Assembly (NCBI GenBank): GCA_000165425.1
Contig: CT868023.1
Location: forward strand, 186,001 to 250,000
Source: Paramecium tetraurelia
Taxonomy: Eukaryota
Direction: 5' to 3'
Length of the DNA: 64,000 nucleotides
Shown: piece by piece, positions 38,641-51,900 of the stretch
Position numbering within the stretch: the stretch's first letter is position 1
Layout: every line of letters starts with the position of its first letter
Program-made: the position numbers and the translations under genes
The notes under the pieces: generated by a model
What the model was told of the DNA's origin: nothing
Seen by the model: only the letters and a program-made list of their open reading frames with translations
Databases searched by the model: none

Positions 38641-39429
38641 TCAATTACAATATCCACAAATATACTCCTTATCGTCATAACATCCATCTATCAAATCCAC
38701 ACATTCGAAGTGGTACCATTTCTGACATTTATCACACTAAAAATAAAATTTAAAATTTACTTAAATGTAGTTGAGTTCAGGATTCCATGGTTATTGACAT
38801 AGACAGTACAACTAGATTTCATTCATATTAGTAAATTTTTTATTTTCAACATCCCATTCAAGTCTGTTATAATATGTAGTCAGATCACTGTTTTCGAGAT
38901 TCACAAACTCATCACAATTAACTACTTAGCACTTCTAAATTATGGTTTAGGCAAGAATATAATCGTTCTTTTTGGTTGAAAATATTTCTTAAGTTCCAAT
39001 CCAACATCTAGCTCTTGGCTTATGATTTACAATTTCACTCTTTTTCAAGAACCATTAAACTTGACACAGACAAATTAACTTGTTAGTCTATGGTTCTAAA
39101 ACAGAACAAATTTTCTATATTGTTCCAACATAATCTTCGACTTTATGATCACCATTTTTTATTATGACGTTATCATTGATTTTTAATATGCTGCCTTGAA
39201 TCTTTATCTCGTCATACTCTTCATAAAGATCTTCATTGCTTTTCTAGGCTTTAGTTACTATTTCAGCTAGTTTGTTCTATTTATATAATGACTTGTAAGT
39301 AGTTTCCTACAGACCCTTTTCGTTTCTCTTTTATATTCTTTTGCGTATAGGAGGCAATGTTTCTGAAGATTGCCTATTGAATTTTGATGGAGATTCATTA
39401 TTAACATTTGTCCAGTGAATCACACTCAT
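38641..39429 (-). CDS. BAH-PHD chromatin reader (EBS/SHL/EPR-1 architecture)
   Basis: BAH: LKINDNVIIKN..DYVGTIQKI..CQVQWFLKKSE..QEIFSTKKNDYILAQTIIQKCQV..YYNRLEWD. PHD: YCLCQQPWNPELNYIQCDKCQKWYHFECV..YICGYC. Intron at 38737-38760. Confidence 0.9.
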
Positions 39430-39691
39430 TTTTTTTTATTTTAATTGAAAATTCTAATTATCATTTAGGCAATAAATTGCCTCAAACTTGTTTACTACCA
39501 TTAACATCGCTTTAAAATTTTATTGAAATAAAAAAAACCCCTTTCTAGTACTTTTGCTGATTCTCAATTAACCTCAATTTTCAATTTGAAACTATGTTCT
39601 ATATTTTGTGTTTTACACAAATAATAACATAAAATTGTAATTGATAATGGAATGTAATTAAATTAAAATTATTATTTTTAAAACCTATTAT

Positions 39692-41287
39692 TCATTAGTT
39701 ATTCAAAAATTATTCTTTATTCTATTCAATAACTTTTAATATATCTTCCCTAGTTCCATTTGGATTCATAGCCTGCCAAATCAAAATATTTTATTTCACA
39801 TCCTTTATTTATTTTGCTTCTACTTTCCAAATTTACTTTATTTCATTGCCCTAAAATTTATTACAGATGTTACATCTATCAATGCTTTTGCATTATAAAA
39901 TTCTTATAAATTTTATGAATAGACGAAATTTTAAAATTTCTCATTCAATTGAGGTGTCGCCTATGGATCATTTATGTATTCTTATAAATAATCTATGTAT
40001 AGAATTAGTTCCCATTATTGTTTAGCATCTTGTAAGAAGGTGACTAAAATTAAAACAATATATATACCAATTCTTCTGTAATTATTAATTAGTTCTTCTT
40101 TTTTTAACTAGTTGAATTGCTCCACCAATCTACATGCATTATAAATTTCATCAGTTGACTTTCTTGTCATCTTATAGATATTTAATATATAATACTTTTA
40201 ATGACTCTGCCAATATATAGATGATAGTGCTTTCTATATTCTTTCCTTTTTTATAGGTTATTTTCTAATAAGGCAGGCAAATGCAACTTAGATTTAGATA
40301 CAAGTTTAGTTATTACTAGCTCTCGAAGCCATGGATTTATGGAAATTTAGGAAAATATTTTAAATCTTGTAAAGTTTTTAGATATTTAAATGACTCCAAA
40401 TGATATTTTCCTTAATCCTCCACTTTTACATTGCACTGGTTCTGATTTTGTTTTGGCAATTCAAAAATTATACACCAAAGTCCAAGTTCATGATAATTTT
40501 TTAAACCTTAAAGACATTTTTCAGATTTTAGCATCCAATCCATTTCAATGCTGATTCTTTCTCTGCTAACTTTATTTTGCAATGCCTCTTTGATATCTTA
40601 TAATTCTATCACTTTGATGATTTCCTCAACAATTTAAAAATTAAATCTAGTAGCGAATCTAAATGTTCTTAGTATTCTCAAAGGATCATCTTTAAATGTG
40701 ATGTAAGGATCTAAAGGAGTTCGAATAATTCCATTTTCAAGATCTTGCAATCCCATTTTGGTAAGATCCTCTATTTCTTAGGTGTTTAAATTGTAAAACA
40801 TTGAATTAATTGTTAAATCTCTTCTAAAAGCATCTTATTCCGGAGTACCTACCACAATTTAAGGAGTTCTTGAGTTTTATGTGTAGGTCTCTCCTCTCAG
40901 ATTAACAAAATCAATAGATTGATCAAGTATTTTAATGCAAGCTGTTTCCAGATGCTTTGATTATTCAGGGTTTAATTTAGTTACTCCAAAACCACTAACT
41001 TTGATATTTTTAGATTCAAAATAGTCTTTCATTTTGAGTACAAACTATTCGCCACTCATATTGTCAATAGTGATGTCAATATCGTGAGATTCATTGCCCA
41101 TTAATTTATCTCTGACCCATCCCCCTGCTACTCTCAAAACTGATTAAGTATTGGTGTCATTTCTAAATTACATAATTGTGTTGAAAATTTGATTCTCTTT
41201 TTCTGTTATATGGATTCTTTTTACGACTTAAGATTGTTACATGTAAATGAGATTATTTAATTACTTTTTAAAAAAGAATTTTAACAT
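39692..41287 (-). CDS. CCA1: CCA tRNA nucleotidyltransferase (class II)
   Basis: LRVAGGWVRDKLMGNESHDIDITID, NPEQSKHLETA, IDFVNLRGETY, QDAFRRDLTINSMFY, DDPLRILRTFRFATR. Confidence 0.93.
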
Positions 41288-41479
41288 TTAATTCTTTAAT
41301 TATAAATAGTATTATATTTCATTTCTATTGAATACCCATCCATAAAGAAATTTTTACATCTTTTCCACCTTTATCGATAAATTTAATTTATGATAATATA
41401 ATTTCAATATTCTTATCTTCCGATTTTATTAATTCGTATTGTTTCAGCTATATAGACAATTATATACAAATATTAATTA

Positions 41480-42193
<714 letters not shown>

Positions 42194-42239
42194 ATATCAT
42201 CAATAATCACTCAAATCTACATTATCAATTGCACTCAAA

Positions 42240-45150
42240 GTTCTATTATTCTATTATCATATTAAAAATTAATCATACTTCTAAATAATTAACTCTAGTT
42301 TCTGTATCCCTAATAACTTCAATTTATTCAATAGACTTTTACTAAGACTACTTTCATAAACCATGAAATACTGGCCATTTACTCTGTAATTATAATGTGT
42401 TTTTTTATTATATAAATAAGTAAATTCAATTATTATTTATTCTAGTTATTAATAATTGTTCTAAGTTTGATAGTTTGATACTTGAAAAATATGAAAATTC
42501 ATAAAATTAAATAGAAATATATCTTTTCATGAGCTGATTTTATCATTTAAGGTACTTCCCTATGTAAACTTTTAATACTATATGTACATTAATTTACTCT
42601 TCTCATTTATGATTTGATATTATATGTATTGATCAGCACATATGTTCTCCTGTGCTCCTGTTAGAATATAATATTTTTTCATGTTCGCCCATCTTCTATA
42701 ATATTGAAGAACCTAATTTGAAATATTGTGATTTGAATTTACAGATGTGTATATTCTATATCATAAAACATATAATTGTTTAACAATTTTAAAAGATAGA
42801 ATGCTCATTTTAAAATTCCTTTAAAAACAAATAGTGTTGATCCACTACAGAAAAATATAGTTGAACAATATTATTCAGAAAACAAGTTCAAATGCATAAT
42901 AAAATATTGGAAAGAAAAACCTCAAAAAAGACTCGAAATTATATAGGTCAGTTTATCCTTTTAAAATCAATTGTGTAATTTATTGTGAGTATAATGCAAT
43001 TTTATTTATCCTTAGTTAAATAAGAAATAGAAAATTATCTAAATATCTAATATAGATTTTCTAAATAGGATTAATAGCTAATAATGCAGATTTTAAAATT
43101 AATGCCTATTATGAATAATTAATTTAATGTTAATTAAAATATTAACAAGTATCCTAATACTATTAATAATTTTAAGTTTTCTATTTTCACTTCTATAATA
43201 GGAGGAGCCTCCTTAATTCTAAATGAACGATTCTATTATCTGATAGATGCATATATCACTGTAAATTTAATGTTTAAAATATAGGAATATCCCCATTTAT
43301 TATTCCTTCATATATATATAAAACACAGCATTTTCTCTTTAATTTTATCTACTTAATCACAATTCAATATAAATTTGCGCCCAGTTAGAAATAGATAAAA
43401 CTGTTTTATATTAAATTACTCCACTTTTTTTAATCCCATCATATAACAAAAACATCAGTTAGAAGACTTCTTTATTTTGATTTTTAATGTATGTATTAGC
43501 CGAGAGATAGATTCAACAGAGCAAATCTAGTTTAAGCAAGTTTCATGTGTTATTAATTGAATTATATCAATTCAATTTAAGTTGCAATATAAAATATTAA
43601 TCATGAGTGAGATTCTCAAGAAACGCTCATAATCTGTTTTGGTAGTGAATTTAAAATTCAACTTTTTTATAAAATAAATTTAAACTCGCTTAAAATTAAG
43701 GATAAAATTATCTGCATCAATAAAGAATAACATATTGATAAAATTAAAATAAACACCAAAAAAAAATCTAAATTATCTGTGCCAAAATCCATGAAAGGGA
43801 TATACAAATTTTTTAAATATAGAGATGAATATCACCAAAGATGTTTTTACAACCAGATAATGAAGAAAATCAGTTTGGACCATAATAAAACTAAAGAAGT
43901 TAAATAATGATAAATGAATACGAAGAGGTTGAATATCAAATAGATCAAATCAAAGAGGTGTATACGAAAATATATGATATTAAAATGATTTCATAATTTA
44001 TAATCTAAAGTTTCTGGAAGGGCTTATTAATAATTATAATATTTTATATAGTTATGAGAAATAGTTATTGTTAATGTATATTTAGCCTTCTTTATCTTTT
44101 AAATCAAGTCTTGGGACAACTCACCTATGATTCGGGAATCTTTACTGGGTTTAGTTTGAAAAATTTACAATAAAGCAAATCTTCGATTCAACCTTGAAAG
44201 CTTCAGTGCATCTAACTATTTTGCAATTCAAGATTTCATTTAAATAAAATAACATTTTGGATGTTCTTTAATTCTGTATAATTGAATAAAATGAATAATT
44301 AAGGAATGTCAAGATTATAAAGTTGCTGTAAACGATTATATTTTTCATGATGAATCATAGTTAAACAATATGATATCAACAAAAATATGTGTTACAGTGT
44401 TTTCAAGTAAGTTTTAACAGCAGTATAATTTTTATATTTAATTTATCTTTAAAAGAAGTGCTACTCTATTAAAAATATAATCCACTATTGGTAAATAATT
44501 ACTGACTATATAAATAATTAAGTATTATTATTCAATTTTCTATAATAATAATACCAACGTCTTAAATTTTATTTTTCTCAACATAAACTCCTCTTTTAAT
44601 ATAATTCAATTCATAATTAAAGTTCTTTCATTTTGTGTTTACAAGATAGAAAGTAATTTGTTAGTCGCAACAAGAATTAAATAATACTGTAACTATTAGA
44701 TTTTTAGTATTGATGTAATGCAGAAAACAAAGATCTTTATAGAATTTTACAAAGAAACTAAGGATGTAATTGTGAAGCGTTAAAATTCTTAACTAATATG
44801 CAATCTATCTTAAGAATTTTATCCTTCCCAATTTATTTTATATATTTTAAAGAACTCTTAGAGAACAAAAGAAACCTTAAATTCAAATCAGTCATTTGGT
44901 AATTAATGTTATTTTAGAATAGAATAATAATAGCAAATTATATTAATAGCTCTTATAGATTTTCAAGAAATAATTTATTCACTATAAATTTATTTTAATT
45001 TTCCCAGCTCATTTCCCTCGGTTTCAATCATATTATTGATTATCTATATATAAGCCTGTTTGGAGTCTAAAGGCTATAGAATTTAATACTAATAAATTAG
45101 GGGTAGATCTAAAGAGAAATTTGAAAATGATGGCTCATTCTCTTTGGAAG
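42240..45150. pseudogene. gene-poor tract with probable decayed coding remnants
   Basis: About 3 kb with no clean model. Protein-like fragments on the minus (about 42250-42700) and plus (about 43600-44900) strands are broken by TGA codons and frameshifts. Confidence 0.3.
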
Positions 45151-45192
45151 TTAATAAAATTTTATTGTAATAATTAAACCCCCTAATTAAAT

Positions 45193-45565
45193 TCATACCA
45201 AAAAAAAGATGGATATTTCCAATAATATTAATCTTTTATTATATTATATGGTCTAGAGTCTTTAAAGATTGGATCTAGAGTCTTCATAGAGAGGTGGTGT
45301 ACATCCTATTGTGGTTATGAGAATTGTTTCTGTAAATGGAAAAGATATTAAACTTTCTGAACTGGGTATTACTCCATCATTTTATTCTGATTATTACTTT
45401 AAGTAGAACCCATAAGCTTGTCTGATGTCGTTAACTATGCTTGATGTGGAATCATAATCTATTCCACCAGAAGGTGTGTCTATTCTCTTGATTACTTTTG
45501 AGAAAAGTATTGTTCTATTTAAATTATTCATTGAGGATTTCTCAAATCTATGCATTTATGGTTGA
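45193..45565. CDS. hypothetical protein of about 120 aa; strand ambiguous
   Basis: Two complete ORFs in the ciliate code: + 45209-45565 (MDISNNIN...CIYG) and - 45555-45193 (MHRFEKSS...FFLV). GC is higher than in the flanks. Confidence 0.45.
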
Positions 45566-45968
45566 GTTTTCCGATTAATTTAGAATCTAATTCAAATATT
45601 AAATATAATATAGAAATATAATTTTTGAACTTAAATTATTTAAAAGTGGATTTGGAGCGACCAACATTTAAATATTTTTATTTTGTAAAATAAAGGCATT
45701 TAGCCTTTAACCAATTAGTGTTTTGATAATTAAATAATATGCAAAATGAGGCAAATATCAATTATTAAACATACAAAGAAATAAAATTAATTCTGGTTGC
45801 ATTAGTGAGTATTTTGAGTTAATTCCAAAATTTGTATTTTAAGAGCAAATTCGGTTGCAAAGGATGCCTATCCTTTTGTTTATTTTTCATTTGAGTTACA
45901 ATTTTATTTGTTATAAAAATTACCTATTTTAAATGTCTAAACTGTAGATTTTCACATTATTTATATTA

Positions 45969-48900
45969 ATGATTTAAGCATGCTTCGCAATAATTCTTTA
46001 TATGAATTGTATAATCAAAGTTTTTGGAGTTAGAGAAGTGGTATCGACTTCATTTTAAGAAATTACTTTTTCTGATGCGGATAGTAATAATAATGATATT
46101 CATTTAAATTTAGATTGGGTTGTAAATGGAGCCTAGCCAAAGCTCACTAAATGTTCAGGCTATACATTATTTGGAGGTTATAGTGTTTTTGGACCAAATA
46201 CTGTAGTTGCAAAGACTTTTGCACTTCCACCTCATTATATGATAACTTTGCAATTTGGATTTTATAGAATTGATTCATGGGATAATTAGAATTTTACGAT
46301 TGTTATGGATGGGCATCCAGTAAGGTAAATCATGGCTGCAAATGATGGATCTTTTTATTGTGGGAATCAAGCAATGGCCGACAGGTTCTATCGTTTTAAT
46401 ATAGATTTTTATCATACAAGTCCTTCAGTTGTAATTTAGTTTAAAAGTAATTTAACAAGAACAGCTTATTATGTAATATAAATAAGATTATTTTTTAAGA
46501 ATTCTTGGGGAATTAGAGAAATCATTTTATTTGTTGAGAAATGTCCTGAAAGATGCATTTTTTGTGATATCTTCAAAAATGGTGTTTCATGTTTAGCTTT
46601 ATCTGTATTTTATAAAAGTTGGACTTAACTAAATGCAACAGAGATATCATCTGATGGTTGGAATGTATATCTAGGAATTGCTGAATCAACATCCTGTGGA
46701 TGTATATAAAAATGAATATGAATTAGCTGTTGCTTTATTTGGTGGCTATAAAAAGATAGGAGCCAATACAGTCCTCAAACAGTCTTTTTATAACATTCCA
46801 AACCATAACGAATTGTGGATTGAATTTTTTTTCGCTAAAATTGGTTTGTGGGAGAATATATATTTATATCTTATAGTAGATGGTGTGCTTCGTTCAAAAT
46901 TGCACTCTTGGGAGGATGGCGGCAATGGGTTTATTTGTGAAGATTCACCATAAAGTCAAAAAACATGGTTTTATAGAGTTCGTTATTATATCAGTCATAC
47001 GAGTAGTTAATTAGATATTTCCATTTATATCAAAAACAATATAAGTGGCATAATTGAGGATGATTCAATTGGCATCAGGGACTTTTTAATTTATTATAAT
47101 GATTGCCCTGAAGGAACTTATAGGAATGGGACCTATTGTTATTGTAATTGTGTCTTATTTTAATTTAGCTTGCAATAAATCATGTTTTAAATGTGATGGT
47201 CCAAATTTAGATGACTGTACTGATTGTGGAGACCCAATAAGATATTAAAAATAATTAGTGGCTGGCTAATGCACATGCTTAGCAAGAATGGTTGAATATG
47301 ATAACATAGATGGGACTACTTCATGTTAAAGTATTTTACTTTGAGTTAAATTTTAGCTTGCCACCCTAAATGTCAGAGGTGTTTTATGTATTTTGATAAT
47401 ACAGTTAATCAATATTGCACAATGTGTATAGCAGGATAGAATAGAGTTGTTTCTTCTCAATATATGTGCGTTTGTGGAACAGGTTATGGTGAGGATGGCA
47501 TTTCTGAAGTTTGCTTTAGTAATTATTTTCTTTATGTTAGAATGCTATTATACATGTCTACATTGTAATGGTCTCTTAGCAAATAATTGTACAACTTGCT
47601 CATCCTAATCTAATCGTATTTTGACTTCTGATAGTCAGTGTTTATGCAACTAAGGATATTTTGATACTGGAATAAACGAAATCATCTGTGAAAGTAAGTG
47701 ATTAAAGATCTCAATTTATAGAAAATTGCCATAATACTTGCTCTAGTTGTGCTTCACCTAGCGCAGATTAATGTACAAGTTGTCCAGTTACAAGAAAACC
47801 TGATAGAATAGGAACAACTTTTGGATGCTTGTGCAATGATTCTCATAAATATAGTGATGATACACAATCAGAATGCTAGGAATGTCATTTCACTTGCAAA
47901 ACTTGTTATGGGGCTGAATATAATAACTGTTTAACATGTGATGAAAATGCTTTTCGAAATTTCTCAATGAGAAAATGTATTTGTTCTGGTGGATATTATG
48001 GGGAAAACTAATTACAATGTCTCCGTAATTATTTTGAGTATTAAAAGCTTGTCATTATACATGCTTGACCTGCTTTGGTCCAGCTGAAAATAATTGTTTA
48101 ACATGTGCGGATAGTAACAATAGAGTATTGAAAACTAATTTGTGTTTATGTCGAGATATTACATATATGTAAAAATAGATTGGTGACGCTATGTGTTACA
48201 GTAAATAATATACTCAATACTAGAATGCTCATATCGTTGTTCCAGTTGCAGTAATGAAATAGAAAATTGTACAGCTTGTCCACCCTAATCTTATAGGGAT
48301 CTAGGAGTAGATAATTCATGCTCTTGCCTCGCTAAGATGTATGACCAACCTAATAATCCAATTTGCATTCGTATATATGTGATTTAAACTAGCCTGTCAT
48401 TACACTTGCTTAACATGTAATGGACCTCAATCAAATTAATGCACAGCCTGTTATGCTGAAATTATGAGAGTATCAAATCAGTCAGGGTCTTGCTTATGTA
48501 TGGATAAATACTATGAAGCTGGTAAACCTGATTGCTTACGTATAAATCAAATTAAATTTTAGCATGCAGTGCCAATTGTTTGACTTGTGTGAACTCTGCG
48601 GATAATTGTATATCTTGTAAATCAGATAGATATTTATAGGGGAATACTTGTATTTGCCAGAATAAGATAACTGGCGCCCTTATAAGTAAGTATGAAGTTA
48701 AAGGAAAAACCGATTGTCAAAGTGATATCTAATTAATTTAACATAGGTTGTCATTATTCTTGCTTAGAATGTTATGGATCAGAATTTAATCAATGTACTA
48801 AATGTTTGGATCGTGAAAGTAGAATTTTATCTAATTCTACTTGTGTTTGTGCTGGACACTATTTTGATATTGGGCAACCAAAATGTAAATGTATAATTGT

Positions 48901-51900
48901 AGACATAATTAATAGAATGCCAATATACTTGTGAAACTTGTGGTATGTCTACCACTTGTTTAACATGTGCTCCAAACACTTTTAGAACTTTATCAATTTC
49001 ACGATGTATTTGTTAATAAGGATATTTTGATGATGGATCAAATCCTATATGCTAAAGTACTTTAGAATAATATGATTTATAGAATGTCACTATTCTTGTT
49101 CTTATTGCTCATCCATTTCTACAAAATGTGATACATGTTCGTCGACATCCAATAGAGTAATAAATCCATCAATATTTACTTGTGATTGCGTTGAATCTTA
49201 TTATGATAATGGAGTTGAAACTTGCTCAAAATGTCATTATTCTTGCTTAGCTTGTAATTAATTTGGAAATTAATTTTGTCATTCTTGTAAAGAAAAGTCA
49301 ATTTCTTTTAGAGTTTTTAATTAAGGATTCTGCTAATGTTTACCTGGATATTTTGATGATGGAGTCTCTCCTGTTTGTCAGAAATGCTTGATTTCCTGTT
49401 TGACTTGTTTAAACACTGCAACTTATTGTACATCCTGTGAATCAACAAGAAATTTCGAAGGAAATAGTTGTATATGTAAAGAAGGTTATTTTGAAAAAAA
49501 TCAAATTTCATGTGGTAAGTGTGATCAAAATTGTTTAAATTGCTCAATTAAATCTAATATGTGTACTAAATGTGATTAATCATTAATGAGAATTCTAAAT
49601 AATGTAACTCAAACTTGTGTTTGCAAGACTGGAACAACTGAAATAAATGGATAATGCCAATATTGTGATATTACTTGCGATACATGTTCAAATTTAATCA
49701 CTAATTGTACTTCTTGCAAATCTTTGAGATTTTTATCTAGCAATAAATGCAACTGCATAGATGGTACATATGAGAGTAGCAGTGATAAATAGTGTCTATA
49801 TTGCAATAAAACTTGCAAAACATGTATTAAAAAAGAAAACTATTGTACATCGTGTTCAGATGATCTTTATAGGATATTTTCTTCAGGGAATATTTGTGTA
49901 TGCAAAAATGGATATTATGAAGACTCAGTTTCTTTAGATTGTAAACCTTGCGATTCGTCTTGTTTAACTTGTAATACATAACCTACTTATTGCCTAACTT
50001 GTAATGCTAAGTACAACCTCAGTCTGAATGTCTATAATAAATGCGTTTGTTCTACAGGTTTATATTTTAACTCTTTAAGTTTAAAATGTGAAGGTATAAA
50101 TTATTGATATTCATTCAGCTTGTAATATAAAGTGTTTGGAGTGTAAGTAATAGTAAGAATGCATAGAGTGCGAACAATTTACTCGATATTTTGACCCAGA
50201 CAAACTAGAGTGTCCATGCAAAGACGGATATTATGAGGTTAATGCAAAGACTTGTTAATGTACAAAATTTAATAATAATATTAGTATGTGATTATGGATG
50301 TAAGACTTGCTAAACTTCAGCTACAAAATGCTTATCATGCGAAGCTCTTTATTATAGATTTTTAAACTTTAATAAATGTATTTGTTTGGATGGTTATTAT
50401 GATATTGGGATTGAGATGTGTTAACAATGTGATACAATTTGTTTAACTTGTTAGAAGTCTTCAACCTAATGTACTTCTTGTAACTAAACCCAACACTTTA
50501 GATCATTGAGTCTAAATCAATGTATTTGCTAAAGTGGATATTATGATATTGGTTAATTGGTTTGCCAAAGTAAAATTATGATTAATATTATAGAGTGCTC
50601 CAACTAATGTCTCACTTGTACAGGGTAGAAGGATTTTTGTACAAGTTGCGATATTTTATAATAAAGAATTGATCAATCTATTATAAATAAATGCCCTTGT
50701 TTAAAAGGTTTTTATTAAGATGTAAATGACTAATGTTAAAGTATTATTTGTTTATATAATCAGAATGTCATTATAAATGTTAAACATGTGTTTAATAGAA
50801 TGATAACTGCTTAATTTGTACTTATTCAAAAACCTCAAATAGACTAAATATCTCTAACAATTGTATTTGCAAGGATGGGTACTATGATAATAACTTGTAA
50901 TTGGATTGCTAAAAATGCAGTCCACAATGTAAATTGTGTTAAAACTCTTCAAATAATTGTCTAACTTGCTATGGTGATCTGAGATAAGAACCTCCTACTT
51001 GTAACTGTAAACATGGTTTTTTTGAGACTATCCTTGGGTTTTGTGAACGTAATCAATTATCCTTATAATATAGCTTGTGAAAATTAATGTTATAATTGTG
51101 ATAAAAGTCCTTCTAATTGTTTATCATGCAAAGAAGGGAGAGTCACTCAACTTTGTATATGTTAAGAGGGGTATTATGAAATCGGATAGCCTCAATGTGA
51201 TTGTATTTTAATATTTATACTCTAAGAATGTTCGTTTTAATGCTAAACATGCAAGAATTCCGCCATAAATTGTTTAAGTTGTAAAGGAGATCGTATCAAC
51301 ATGCCTATTTGTTCATGTCCTGATGGTTTTTATGATGATTACTTGAATTATTCTTGTTAGGTTTGTAATTGGTTATGCTAAACATGTAACTTAAACGGCT
51401 GCCTAATATGTAAGGCAAATAGGATCTTATCTCCTGAAATGACTTGTGATTAACCACTAGATTCTGTGAGTTACCCTGATACTCCATGGTGTTCAAGTAT
51501 TAATTTCTATTAATATCAAAGCTTGTTAAGTTGCTGTACTCAATATTAGGTTCTCCGATGATTTGCTGTCTATATAAGTTAAATTCGACTTCCCCTTAAA
51601 TCCAAGTTTTTTCATTAATCAATTCTAAGAAAATATTTGTTCAAGAATATTAAAGGATCAAACATATTAATTACTTGGTAAGAATCCTAATTGTTATATT
51701 GATTCTAATGATGATACAATAATAATGTTAGGGGTAGGAAAAGATCCTAAGATTCTTCTAGGAGATCTGATCTTATTCTAAGAAAACTAAATTGGTCATC
51801 AAGGTTGCGATTCACTATTAATTTATTTTATCTTTAATGAAATTAAAAGCCCCTTAAACCCAGTATCTCCAATTCTAATTTACGATGAACCTACTTAGTT

